Assembly (NCBI GenBank): GCA_047602425.1
Contig: JASGHG010000001.1
Coordinates: 5,094,925-5,158,924 of the forward strand
Source of the DNA: Nibricoccus sp.
GTDB lineage: Bacteria > Verrucomicrobiota > Verrucomicrobiia > Opitutales > Opitutaceae
DNA length: 64,000 nucleotides
Direction of reading: 5' to 3'
Positions within the stretch are counted from its first letter, which is position 1. Each line of letters opens with the position of its first letter. Below are positions 31,090-40,542 of this stretch, in pieces. The notes under the pieces were generated by a model. The model was not told the DNA's origin, ran no database searches, and saw only the letters and a list, made by a program, of their open reading frames with translations. The translations under genes and the position numbers were made by a program.

Positions 31090-33285
31090 TCACTCGACCC
31101 GACCCAAAACCTTCAGATCGATGCCATCGATGGCAAATGTCACCGGACGTTTCGACCGACCGCCGACAAAATCCTGCGGATAAGTCGTGCTGAACTCGAC
31201 CACCGTTTCGCCCGGCGACAACACAAGATTGTTTTTGGCCCAACGTTGTGGCTCGGCATAGACGTTCAACGCGTCCAGTCGTTCGTTGCCGAAACGGATG
31301 GCAAGGTCGCGTTTATTCAGCGAACGCAGTTGCATCGCCAGCGAGACACGCAGCGGCACCGGCTGCGGGTTTTTGAGCATCACTTTTGCAATCGCGTCCG
31401 CCGCCCAGCGTGTGCGTGGTGCACGGCGCGGATCGTCACGCAGCGTCTCGATCCAGCCATAATCGAGTCGCGCCTCCAAATAACACGGACTGCTTCGCCG
31501 CAGCAGTGTGTATCCATTCGCCGGATGCAAGCTGTCGCCTGCCGGCAGATCGTAACGAAAAAAGTCGCCCAGCAAATCCCACTCGCCTTTTAGCGCCGTC
31601 GCTCCACGTCCTTCGTAGCTGTGGATTTCGAAATACTGGTTTTTGCGCAAAAGCAGCGCATTCGCCCAAAGACGCACCCACCCTTCTTCCAGTCGCATGT
31701 TCACTGACCCGACTTCAGGCATTTGCTCGATCCGGCTAAGCGCAATCGTTTCTTTTTCCACCACGAGCGGTGGATCGATCAGCCGGTAGAACAACCGCCA
31801 TTCACCGGCAAAATTTACGAAGAATACGATGGCCAGCCCGCCGGCCACCGCCCATCGCTTAACGCCACCTCGAAGCCAGCCCTCGTCGCCCCACGCGCAG
31901 AAAGCCGCCAGCAGCCCGGGATAAAATACCGCGAAGAGTTTGTAGGCCTGATAGCTCGTCGGATCGCCTCCGGATAAGGCCTTATATTGAAGCCAACCAT
32001 AACCGGCCAGAATCGGTAACGCCACCGCCACTGCCGTCCAACCCCCTTCGCGGTTGCGCCGTGTTTTTAGCCACCACGCCCCCAGAACTAGCAATGCCAC
32101 ACCCGCCGCCAGCGGTACGCGCAGGCCCGTGGCGTAGCCGGTCAGCCAGGGCCCGCTGATAAAGCCAAGCCAGCCTTCCGGCGTGAGACCGGCGATCGCC
32201 CAACCGTAACCGTGATTGAAAAGCGTTAAGCGTTCGATCACGCCGGCTAAACGCTCGAAATAAAATAATCCGGACAGCACCAGCAGCGTCAACATGACGA
32301 CCAGCCAGCGGCCCAGTTTCGCCCACAACCCATGCGCCAGCGCCAAACCGCCCACGACTGCAACCGCGGGTATGAGCGCTACGATGATGATGAAATTGTA
32401 ACCTCCAAAAACCAGCCCGTAACCGACAAACAACAGTCCAGCCCAACGCCACTTCGAAGCCCACGAAGCGCCTTCGCGCCATATCGCCAATCCGCACCAG
32501 GTCAGCAGGGCAATGGCATTGGCCGCGACGATTTGCGCCGGCGAAACCTGGAACACGGCATACCAGTTGATTGGGCTAAACGCGTAGATCGCCGTGACGG
32601 CCAGGCTCGGCCACGAACGATACCGCAGTCCGGCCCGCGCGAGCCAGAATACCATTGGCAGCGTCGCCGTCAGCAGGACGATTGTCATCAGCCCCGTCAG
32701 TTCATGAGGTTTCAGGCCGAGAATACTGCCGTTCAGCGCTATCAGCGCCGAGGGGGTGAAATGATTCGTACGCAGCCAGTAATCGAAAAAGTTGTCCACC
32801 ACGCCGACGGAAACCGTCTCCGCTTGTCCCATGAAACCAGTTCGGTCGTTGCAAGAAAACTCCTGAAACACCCGCGCGCCCGCACCATAGTCGCACGCGT
32901 CCAGACTGCCGATCGATACCGTCGTCAATCCACGGCCACTCATCGCAAACGGCAGCAGCATTACCGCCAGTTGCACGGCCATCAGGGCTCCCACCGGCCA
33001 GAAGATCGTTCGGCCGCCATGCAATTTATCTTTTCGCAAACGCCACCAAGCCACTAGCGCCAAAAGCGCCGGCAATGTGAGCGCGGCGCGTCCATAGACG
33101 TTCGTGCCAGCCAACCCCGAATGCGCACCAACCCAGACAGCCAGCGACTGCAAAGCCACGCCCGACGGCATGGCAAAGATCCACGCAAAACGGCGGTAAC
33201 GCCTCGGCGTTGCCAAGAATGCCAGTCCGGCACCCCAAACGAGGAAACCAGCCAGCAAAAGAAAACCTGTGAAAAAATACGTCAT
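31090..33285 (-). CDS. Large polytopic membrane protein, possible GT-C glycosyltransferase
   Basis: Many TM segments plus a soluble C-terminal domain; beside GT2 and flippase genes. Confidence 0.6.
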   Translation of the reverse strand: MTYFFTGFLLLAGFLVWGAGLAFLATPRRYRRFAWIFAMPSGVALQSLAVWVGAHSGLAGTNVYGRAALTLPALLALVAWWRLRKDKLHGGRTIFWPVGALMAVQLAVMLLPFAMSGRGLTTVSIGSLDACDYGAGARVFQEFSCNDRTGFMGQAETVSVGVVDNFFDYWLRTNHFTPSALIALNGSILGLKPHELTGLMTIVLLTATLPMVFWLARAGLRYRSWPSLAVTAIYAFSPINWYAVFQVSPAQIVAANAIALLTWCGLAIWREGASWASKWRWAGLLFVGYGLVFGGYNFIIIVALIPAVAVVGGLALAHGLWAKLGRWLVVMLTLLVLSGLFYFERLAGVIERLTLFNHGYGWAIAGLTPEGWLGFISGPWLTGYATGLRVPLAAGVALLVLGAWWLKTRRNREGGWTAVAVALPILAGYGWLQYKALSGGDPTSYQAYKLFAVFYPGLLAAFCAWGDEGWLRGGVKRWAVAGGLAIVFFVNFAGEWRLFYRLIDPPLVVEKETIALSRIEQMPEVGSVNMRLEEGWVRLWANALLLRKNQYFEIHSYEGRGATALKGEWDLLGDFFRYDLPAGDSLHPANGYTLLRRSSPCYLEARLDYGWIETLRDDPRRAPRTRWAADAIAKVMLKNPQPVPLRVSLAMQLRSLNKRDLAIRFGNERLDALNVYAEPQRWAKNNLVLSPGETVVEFSTTYPQDFVGGRSKRPVTFAIDGIDLKVLGRVE

Positions 33286-33429
33286 GCGCGGAACACGGCA
33301 CGCCGGGGCGCGCCAAATCGCTGGCGGCTACTTTTGTTTGGTTAGCTCGGGAAGCAAGAGCCGAGCGTGGTCCGCTGGTTTTTTGACTCGCGTGTTTCCC
33401 AACACGGCGAATCTTACAAAACCAAGCTC

Positions 33430-34626
33430 ATGGTCCTGTTCGACGCATCGCATACCAGCCACACCCGCGCCCAAACCGGCGTCCAGCGCGTCGTGCGCGC
33501 GATGCTCGCGGCCCTGAGCCAACGCGAATCGATCGAGCCCGTTTGCTTCGATCCGCACCAATCCGCCTGGCGGTCACTGCAACGTTGGGAAATGGAAAAT
33601 CTTTCCAACCACACAGGCGCGGGCTCGGCCCATCGCAGCGCCAACTGGCCGCTAAGCGTGCGCTTTGCAGGTTATGCGCGCCGAATTTTTAACGCCCGCT
33701 CGCTTTGTCCGGAAGGCAGCGCGCTGATCGTGCCGGAAATTTTCTCCGCCAAAACCGCCCGCGCCTACCCTACCCTTTTCCAAAAAATCCGAGGCCCGCG
33801 CATCGCCATTTTTCACGATGCTGTGGCCTTGCAGTTGCCGGAGTTCACTCCCGCCAAAACTGTCGCGCGCTTTCCAGCCTACTTGCACGAACTGCTCGCC
33901 TTCGACGGCATCGCTGCTGTGTCCGAAGATTCACGACAATGTTTGTTGAACTTCTGGCGCTGGGCCGGCGTTCCCAACGCACCGCCCGTCGTCAAGTTGG
34001 CCAATGCCGTCGGCACTCAGCGTGAACTCGCCGGACTTCGCGCGCTGAACGCCCAACCCGCCAAGCCGTCCCCGACGCCCACGATTCTCTGCGTCGGTTC
34101 GCTCGAAGGACGCAAAAACCACCTCGCCCTGCTCGATGCCTGCGAGCAACTGTGGTCGGAAAATCTCGCGTTCGAGCTCCGCTTGATTGGCCTGGCTCAT
34201 CCGCAAACCGGCCGCGCCGCCTTGGAAAAAATCGCCTCGCTCCGCGCCGCGGGCCGGCCCCTCCACCACGATGGGCCGGTCGACAATGCCACGCTTCACG
34301 AAGCCTACGCGTCCTGCGCTTTCACGGTTTACCCGTCGCTGCTGGAAGGTTTCGGACTGCCCGTGCAAGAGAGTCTCGCACATGGCAAGCCCTGCATTTG
34401 CTCCAGCCGAGGCGCCATCGGCGAATCCGCGGCCGAGGGAGGCTGCCTGACACTGGATCGCCTCGATGCGCGCTCGCTGGCTGGCGCCGTCCGTCAATGG
34501 CTTACCACGCCCCAACTGCTTGCCACCGCCACGACCGACGCCTGCGCTCGCGAGTTCAGAACGTGGGAAACCCACGCCGACGAACTCATCTGCTGGTTGC
34601 GCGAATTACCCCGACGCAGTGTGTAG
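33430..34626 (+). CDS. Glycosyltransferase family 4
   Basis: VGSLEGRKN, YPSLLEGFGLPVQES. Confidence 0.9.
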   Translation: MVLFDASHTSHTRAQTGVQRVVRAMLAALSQRESIEPVCFDPHQSAWRSLQRWEMENLSNHTGAGSAHRSANWPLSVRFAGYARRIFNARSLCPEGSALIVPEIFSAKTARAYPTLFQKIRGPRIAIFHDAVALQLPEFTPAKTVARFPAYLHELLAFDGIAAVSEDSRQCLLNFWRWAGVPNAPPVVKLANAVGTQRELAGLRALNAQPAKPSPTPTILCVGSLEGRKNHLALLDACEQLWSENLAFELRLIGLAHPQTGRAALEKIASLRAAGRPLHHDGPVDNATLHEAYASCAFTVYPSLLEGFGLPVQESLAHGKPCICSSRGAIGESAAEGGCLTLDRLDARSLAGAVRQWLTTPQLLATATTDACAREFRTWETHADELICWLRELPRRSV

Positions 34627-34764
34627 CTTTAACGTTGCCTTGAGATGGAGCGCATTGTCCTCAAGCGCTTGCATACCCCCAGGTTGATTGCGCAAGCCCA
34701 TGATGAGCCCACGAAATTTCCACTTTCATTCCCTGGTCCGAGTTCGCTAGCCTACACGGCTTAC

Positions 34765-35961
34765 ATGGCCTTTTCCCTTTTTTCGAAAAAACGAAATCCG
34801 ATCGTGGAGCGCTGCGTCGACGACTACGCGACGAAGATGCGCCTGAAATACGCGCCATATTACATCGCCATGGAGGCGCAGCAGGGCACCAACATCCGCC
34901 TCGACGGCCGCGACATGATCATGCTCGCGAGCAACGACTACCTCGGACTTTCCTTCCATCCAAAGGTTATTGAAGCCGGCCGCGCCGCCATGCTCAAGTG
35001 GGGCTCCAGTCCGACCGGCGCCCGCATCTCCAACGGCTCGCGCGCATATCACCTCGAACTCGAAGAAAAACTCGCGCAGTTCCTCGGCCGCGAAGCCTGC
35101 CACGTTCACGCCGCCGGCTATCTTTCCTGCATGTCCGCCGTCGGGGCCTTCGCGCAAAAAGGCGACGTCGTTCTCGCCGATAAAAACATCCACTCCTGCC
35201 TCTGGGATGGCATTCGCCTCTCGATGGCCACAGTCGAGCGTTTTCTGCACAATGATCCGGTCGATCTCCGCGAAATCGCCGCCACCATCGACCCCAAAGC
35301 GGCCAAAATGCTCGTGATGGAAGGCGTCTATTCGATGGAGGGCCACATCGCCAAACTTCCCGAAATCATCGCCATCGCCGAACAACACCACTGCTTCACC
35401 GTCCTCGACGACGCGCACGGTTTCGGCGTGCTCGGCAAACAGGGCCGCGGCACCGTCGATCACTTCGGCCTCAACGACAAAGTCGACGTCCTTTGCGGCT
35501 CCCTCTCGAAATCCCTCGGCAGCACCGGCGGCTTTGTCGCCGCTTCACGCGACTTGATCGAGTACCTCCGCTCCCACTCGAAACAGACAATTTTCAGCGC
35601 CGCGCTCAGCCCGGGCCAGGCCGCGGCCGCACTCGCCTCGCTCGAACTCATGCAGACCGAGCCCCAGCACCTCGAGCGTCTTTGGAAAAACACCAAACGC
35701 TACCGCGACATGCTGCACAGCCTCGGGCTCGACACGTGGGAAAGCGAAACGCCCGCCATTCCGATCATCCTCGGTTCAAAGGAACGCGTTTACCTCTTCT
35801 GGAAAGCCCTGCTCGACCAAGGCGTCTTCACCGTCATGTCCATCGCCCCTGCCGTGCCACCCGGCAAGGATCTCATCCGCACCGCCATCTCCGCCATGCA
35901 CACCGACGAACAAATCGACCGCATCGGCGACGCCATGGCCTACGCGCTGAAGAAACTTTGA
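34765..35961 (+). CDS. Alpha-oxoamine synthase (class II PLP), serine palmitoyltransferase-like
   Basis: ASNDYLGL, EGVYSMEG, DDAHGFG, GSLSKSLG; PYY...ISNG features recall Bacteroidota Spt. Confidence 0.75.
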   Translation: MAFSLFSKKRNPIVERCVDDYATKMRLKYAPYYIAMEAQQGTNIRLDGRDMIMLASNDYLGLSFHPKVIEAGRAAMLKWGSSPTGARISNGSRAYHLELEEKLAQFLGREACHVHAAGYLSCMSAVGAFAQKGDVVLADKNIHSCLWDGIRLSMATVERFLHNDPVDLREIAATIDPKAAKMLVMEGVYSMEGHIAKLPEIIAIAEQHHCFTVLDDAHGFGVLGKQGRGTVDHFGLNDKVDVLCGSLSKSLGSTGGFVAASRDLIEYLRSHSKQTIFSAALSPGQAAAALASLELMQTEPQHLERLWKNTKRYRDMLHSLGLDTWESETPAIPIILGSKERVYLFWKALLDQGVFTVMSIAPAVPPGKDLIRTAISAMHTDEQIDRIGDAMAYALKKL

Positions 35962-36053
35962 GCAGCTTCGCGCGCGTGTCGTTTGATCGTCAATCAAGGT
36001 TGACGAACCACCAAACACCTTCCCTAAACCCCAAATCCTGACTCTTTTTTGGA

Positions 36054-36106
36054 CCTCGCAGCCGGCGTGACGAGCATAGGCGTTGTGCTCTAGCGCCTGG
36101 TTCGGC
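36054..36106 (-). other. attC19, truncated (only the R''/L'' half remains)
   Basis: ggcgtgacgagcataggcgttgtgctctagcgcctggtt matches attC10; no L'/R' half. Confidence 0.8.
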
Positions 36107-36110
36107 CTGT

Positions 36111-36586
36111 TTAGTCCCACCATAGGTGAATTCCGTTGTGCTTCTTGATGTACGGACTGATCTCGCCGTCATCGTCCATCATCGGTTCTACGCTAGAAAG
36201 GCTTTCCGCCAAAATTTCCAGCAATTCGTCGGTGACGGGCTTCGAAAACTTCGCCTTCAGGCCGGCGCCGTCAGCAAATATGGGATCAGCGGATTGGCGG
36301 CGTCGGCTTCGGAAACCTCCGAATATACACTGTCCGGCTCGCTTCCATCTTGTGATCCAACTTCAAAAGTCTCGATGACATACCGCACGCCTCGCTTGGG
36401 AACTAGATAAAGGCCGTATCCTTCGTCGCCGACGACACCACAGACACAATAGAAACTCTTGGCCAAAGCGTCCTTTTGCATCGCTAAAGCCTTCTTTTCG
36501 ACGACATCGGCGTCCTCACCTCCACCTGCGACAAACCAACCATCATAATCGTCAAGAGGTTCAAACGTAGTATTTTTGATTTTCAT
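36111..36586 (-). pseudogene. Cassette 19, DUF4253-like protein, frameshift near 36277
   Basis: Restoring one T in TAT TT GCT extends the frame to ...IHLWWD*, ending at the attC. Confidence 0.65.
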
Positions 36587-36780
36587 GATTTTGCCGAACG
36601 TTTTAGATCTGCCGCGACTACGGCTGGCGCGGCTCCTGCGCAGCAGGAGACGTGACGGACGTAGGCGTTGGCAGTATGCTACTAATAGGCGGATGAGGTA
36701 ACATAAGGGGCGGCCCCGGCACGGACTAGACGGTGACAAGCACGTAACCGGCACTCCTTAGCCGGAGCCGCAATCTAACC

Positions 36781-38046
36781 ATGATAACGAACAAAGCACT
36801 TAATGGCAGAACGCACTCCGGGCAACCGGAAACTCGCTGGGATATCGCCGTCGACGTCGGGCAAAAAGCACTGGACTGGTACGGTGAACTCGGGGCCCAG
36901 GCGCACCAAGGCCATATCGCCAATCGCAATGAGGCCATCCTCTCATGGCTGGAACAACTCAACACCCACGCCCGCCAGCACGGCCTTGGCGGCGTGCGCA
37001 TCCTCTGCGAACCCACCGGCGGATACGAACGGCGCCTGCTGCGCGCGGCCCGCCAACTCGGCTGCGCCACCGCTCTGGTCAACGGCGAAGCCGTCCACCA
37101 GATGCAAGTGGTCGAGAACAACGATACCGGCAAAAGCGACATCAAAGATCCCCGCACGATTTTACTATTGGCCAAGTGGAACAAAACCCTGACCGATCGT
37201 CCCCTCCAAGGCGAGTGGCTGCTCCTGCGCGAACTCAACGCCCGCTACGACCGGCTCGAACGCGACTCCACCCGCTGTAAAAACAGGATTCATAAACTGC
37301 TCCTCTCGCTCTTCCCCGAATTGAGCTTTAAAAACGACTGGCTCTTCGAAGGCCGCGCCGCCCAAGCCACGATCGCACTCTACGGCCTGAACGCCGCCGC
37401 GATCCTCGCCGACGGCCTGGAACGCTGCACCGCCAAACTGCGCAACCACCACGTTGGCCCAAAGACCATCCAGCGACTCTTTGCCGATGCCCAGCGCTGC
37501 GCCCTGATCGACTCCGACCCCGACTGGCTGGCCCTGCTCGCCGAGGACCTGCGCGCCCTCTTTGCCGAACTCACCGTGCTGCGCACCCGCCGAACCAACA
37601 CCCGCCAGCAAATGATCGCCCTGGTCGAACGCCTGCGCGCCCGCGGCGCCACCCGCCTGCAAGCCCATCCCGACCTGATCAGCCCCTTCATGCTCGCCCG
37701 TGTCCTCGCCGAGACCGGACCGCTCCGGGACTTTGCCCACGTGCGCCAACTCTGGCGCTACGGCGGGCTCAACCTGCGGCCCCGCCAAAGCGGCACCATG
37801 CAAGGCCAACTCCGCCAAGCCAAACGCGGCCGCGCCCGCCTGCGCCACGTCCTCGCCCAAGCCGTCCTCAAACGCGTCGTGCACGGACAACTCTACGGGC
37901 AATACTACCACGCCAAACGCGACACCGGCATGTGCGGCGGCAAAGCCATGACCGCGGTCGCCCGCAAGTTCCTCAAACTGCTCCACGGCCTTGAACGCTC
38001 GCCCCAACCCTTCGACCCGAAGCGCGTTTTCCGCTCCGCCGCCTAA
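36781..38046 (+). CDS. IS110 DEDD recombinase/transposase
   Basis: AVDVG, CEPTG, KSDIKD (DEDD); GLNLRPRQSG catalytic Ser. Confidence 0.95.
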   Translation: MITNKALNGRTHSGQPETRWDIAVDVGQKALDWYGELGAQAHQGHIANRNEAILSWLEQLNTHARQHGLGGVRILCEPTGGYERRLLRAARQLGCATALVNGEAVHQMQVVENNDTGKSDIKDPRTILLLAKWNKTLTDRPLQGEWLLLRELNARYDRLERDSTRCKNRIHKLLLSLFPELSFKNDWLFEGRAAQATIALYGLNAAAILADGLERCTAKLRNHHVGPKTIQRLFADAQRCALIDSDPDWLALLAEDLRALFAELTVLRTRRTNTRQQMIALVERLRARGATRLQAHPDLISPFMLARVLAETGPLRDFAHVRQLWRYGGLNLRPRQSGTMQGQLRQAKRGRARLRHVLAQAVLKRVVHGQLYGQYYHAKRDTGMCGGKAMTAVARKFLKLLHGLERSPQPFDPKRVFRSAA

Positions 38047-38090
38047 ACCACTTCCTTGATCTATTTTAGCCGACATTAACTTTTGCTTTT

Positions 38091-38264
38091 CCGGGAAACC
38101 CGCCGCTTGAGGGCCACCAGCCGTTCCGCACAGCCTCGCTGATGCTCAACTGTATGTTTTAAAGCCCCGACGGCGGGCCTCCCGGTCTTACCGCCCTTTA
38201 AGTATCGTCCGGGCCAGCCCGCCAAAGCTGGACCAACTCATGGAGATCGTCGCGGAGGACCGGG
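38091..38264 (+). ncRNA. Predicted bridge RNA/seekRNA of IS-A copy 1
   Basis: Two stem/internal-loop/stem modules with guides matching the attC target and the IS ends. Confidence 0.75.
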
Positions 38265-38474
38265 CTCCTGGTTAAAGCGCCAAAACCATATCCATCTCAT
38301 GTAACCAAAACCACCTGCTACATCCTGCCCCCGGGGCTCGTACTCCGACGAGCTGGAGGCCCATTCTCGGACTCGCCCCTCCCCCCCCCTGACGGCAAAA
38401 TCAAACTTACCCCTTGATTTTACCTAAAGGGGAGCGGCTGGTTCGGCCTCATTTTATTCCTGGCATATGATAGT

Positions 38475-38780
38475 TCATAGAAACCAGCTTCTGACGCGTC
38501 CTCTAGAAATCGCTTCAGCCAGCCATAAATCTCTCATGCAAGCGGCCAAAACTGTAGATATAGCTAGGCCGATCACGCATCCCAAAAGTCGTTCAAGTCC
38601 AATTCCCAATGAAAAACCACCCGCTAAAAAAAGCCTGAGATTGTAGAAGACTACAAAGATAGTTAGGCTAATGATTATCGCTACAACCGAAGAAAGAAAA
38701 AGACGCGCGGCTTTTGGATAGGATCGCGCAATTCTATCGAACTTCTCTCGGTGCAACCGTTCTTCGTCTTCCTTCGTCAT
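38475..38780 (-). CDS. Cassette 18, small membrane protein
   Basis: MTKEDEERL..., two hydrophobic segments, between attC sites. Confidence 0.75.
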   Translation of the reverse strand: MTKEDEERLHREKFDRIARSYPKAARLFLSSVVAIIISLTIFVVFYNLRLFLAGGFSLGIGLERLLGCVIGLAISTVLAACMRDLWLAEAISRGRVRSWFL

Positions 38781-38789
38781 GGTTTGCTT

Positions 38790-38876
38790 GCCGAACGTCA
38801 GAGGTGAGCCAACGGCGCCGGTGGCGTCGCCGAAGGAGGAGGGTTTATAGCCGTTGGCTCTGACGCCTTGTTCGGC
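38790..38876 (-). other. attC17
   Basis: GCCGAAC...GTTCGGC with imperfect internal inverted repeat. Confidence 0.9.
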
Positions 38877-39279
38877 TCTTTTTTTCTGCCTGAGTGCCTC
38901 GCAGATCGCAGAAAACGACGCCCAAGTTCGACCAAAACGCCGTCTTTTCTGCACTTACCCACTTGAGTGACGGAGCAGTGCTGTCGAAACGCATCGACAC
39001 ACCTTGGACTTCGACATCCACAAATTGACCGTCGGTTTTCTTCGCTCGGCAAATCTGTAACCGTTGCCGAGTGATTCCAGCAGCGGCAGCACTCGCCGCA
39101 AATAGGCCAATTCCAAATCCGATCACGAGCGCGGCGAAGGTATGGGAAGCGTCAGATAAGCACACACCAACGAATATCACCGCGAGGCACATGTAATGCC
39201 GACGTTTGTGGTGGGCCATAACCAACTTCTCAAACGCGTTGGCTAAGTAACCAAGTTCTGGATTTGGCGAAGGTGTCAT
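38845..39279 (-). CDS. Cassette 17, membrane protein; stop lies inside attC
   Basis: MTPSPNPELG..., two TMs. Confidence 0.7.
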   Translation of the reverse strand: MTPSPNPELGYLANAFEKLVMAHHKRRHYMCLAVIFVGVCLSDASHTFAALVIGFGIGLFAASAAAAGITRQRLQICRAKKTDGQFVDVEVQGVSMRFDSTAPSLKWVSAEKTAFWSNLGVVFCDLRGTQAEKKSRTRRQSQRL

Positions 39280-39285
39280 AAAATT

Positions 39286-39384
39286 GCCGAACGTTACAGG
39301 TGAGCCACGCCTGTGGCCGGCGCGACCGCTGCCCCGCAGCGGGCGTGACGGACATAGGCGTTGTGCTCTAGCGCCTGGTTGGGC
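39286..39384 (-). other. attC16
   Basis: GCCCAAC...GTTCGGC. Confidence 0.9.
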
Positions 39385-39394
39385 GTCTTCATAA

Positions 39395-39781
39395 TCATTC
39401 AATAACAATTTTTGTAGCGCCAGCGTGCTGTGCCGCAAAATAAAATAATGCCGGTGCAAAACCACGTAGAAACGCCCTTAAATCAGGATCGATAGAAATC
39501 CGCATTTTGATCGGGCCTAGGCACAAGCTGCCTGTCATCTCACGAACACCGAATCGCATCATAGCTTCTAGGATATCAAACGAATTTTCGCCACGGCTGA
39601 CGTCTTCGAAAATACGGGCTACTTCGTTAACGTCGCCTTGCATCGGGGCGTCGCCAACGGCCAGGACCTTCATCTCACGCGATAGATACACCACTGGCTG
39701 AAATCGATAGGTCTTCGCTCCGTCGGAAAAGCAAAACTCCCGCTTCGATGCTGATAGATGGATGGACAGAAAAAGCTTCAT
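39395..39781 (-). CDS. Cassette 16, protein resembling the N-terminal half of MreB (YjaA-like)
   Basis: QPVV...KVLAVG, FDILEAMMRF, AAQHAGATKIVIE. Confidence 0.6.
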   Translation of the reverse strand: MKLFLSIHLSASKREFCFSDGAKTYRFQPVVYLSREMKVLAVGDAPMQGDVNEVARIFEDVSRGENSFDILEAMMRFGVREMTGSLCLGPIKMRISIDPDLRAFLRGFAPALFYFAAQHAGATKIVIE

Positions 39782-39789
39782 CGTATTTT

Positions 39790-39876
39790 GCCCAACGCTA
39801 AAAGTCAGACAACGGCGCCCCACGCGTCGTCGAAGAGGGAGGCGTCATAGCCGTTGTCTGTACTGCCTGGTTGGCC
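39790..39876 (-). other. attC15
   Basis: GGCCAAC...GTTGGGC. Confidence 0.9.
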
Positions 39877-39881
39877 GGTCT

Positions 39882-40349
39882 TCATTCTTCTTTGTAGATA
39901 CGGGTGAAATTCGCGAACTCCGTGCCTGCCAAATCTGCTGCCACGACTTTTGCGGCGATATCGAAATCAACGACGAAACAACAAGTCTCCATCGTCCCGC
40001 TGCCGATGCTGCCGCCGTCACAATGTCCGAGACCAGTCCACCCCAAGGTCTCGCCCATTCGTTCCTCAAGCCGGTGGCGCTTATCTAGGTCTTCGGGCGT
40101 ACCCATGCCGTCGATGGCATATTCAATCATCAACGTGTCCAGGTCATCGATCTCCTGAAATCCTTCTTTCTTCTTCTCGGCGATCTGCGCCGTGACGGTC
40201 TTCTCAGCCGACCGGAACAATGAGCCGCGAACGGTCTCGCTCTTTCCGCGGTCACCCGCTCGCCCCCAGTGAACGGTATGCTCACCCTTGTTCTCCCACG
40301 TCTCCCAATACTCGATTCCGTCGGGATTCCTGCGATAGAGTTTAATCAT
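39882..40349 (-). CDS. Cassette 15, WGR-like domain protein
   Basis: YWETW...VHWGRAG...KKKEGF; C-terminal GHCDGGSIGSGTME. Confidence 0.7.
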   Translation of the reverse strand: MIKLYRRNPDGIEYWETWENKGEHTVHWGRAGDRGKSETVRGSLFRSAEKTVTAQIAEKKKEGFQEIDDLDTLMIEYAIDGMGTPEDLDKRHRLEERMGETLGWTGLGHCDGGSIGSGTMETCCFVVDFDIAAKVVAADLAGTEFANFTRIYKEE

Positions 40350-40542
40350 GATCTTTTGGCCAACGTTTCAGGTCAGCCATGCCGTACTGGCGAGCCGAGA
40401 AAAACAGAAACTGGACGAGCATAGGCATTGCGCTGTATGCTACTAATAGGCGGATGAGATAACATAAGGAAGCGGCCCCGGCATGGACTGGACGGAGACA
40501 AGCACGTAACCGGCACTCCTTAGCCGGAGCCGCAATCTAACA

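Larger units (their letters stand above)
36677..38433 (+). mobile_element. IS110-family element IS-A, copy 1 (1757 bp)
   Basis: Ends tgctactaatagg...cctaaagggga defined by three copies; no target duplication. Confidence 0.95.
36593..38447 (-). other. attC18 split by IS-A copy 1 (36593-36676 + 38434-38447)
   Basis: Removing the IS restores ...ggcgttggcagta-gcggctggttcggc. Confidence 0.9.

Noticed and set aside
37165..38076. 303-aa antisense ORF in each IS-A, and other long shadow ORFs such as 9303..11042 and 14458..16251
   Set aside because: Mirror frames of GC-rich genes with no recognisable motifs.
38194..38204. CCCTTTAAGTA as the donor guide (resembles the reverse complement of the right end)
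   Set aside because: The register parallel to the target loop (TAAGTATCGT/GGGGAT) explains both ends better; kept only as an alternative.
38304..38317. 14-mer ACCAAAACCACCTG shared by the IS-A right end and the IS-B left end (42709-42722)
   Set aside because: A/C-rich low complexity in non-equivalent positions; probably chance.
36677..38433. IS1111-type subterminal inverted repeats or target-site duplication
   Set aside because: Only TAGG aligns between the ends, and only a single A is shared at the junctions.
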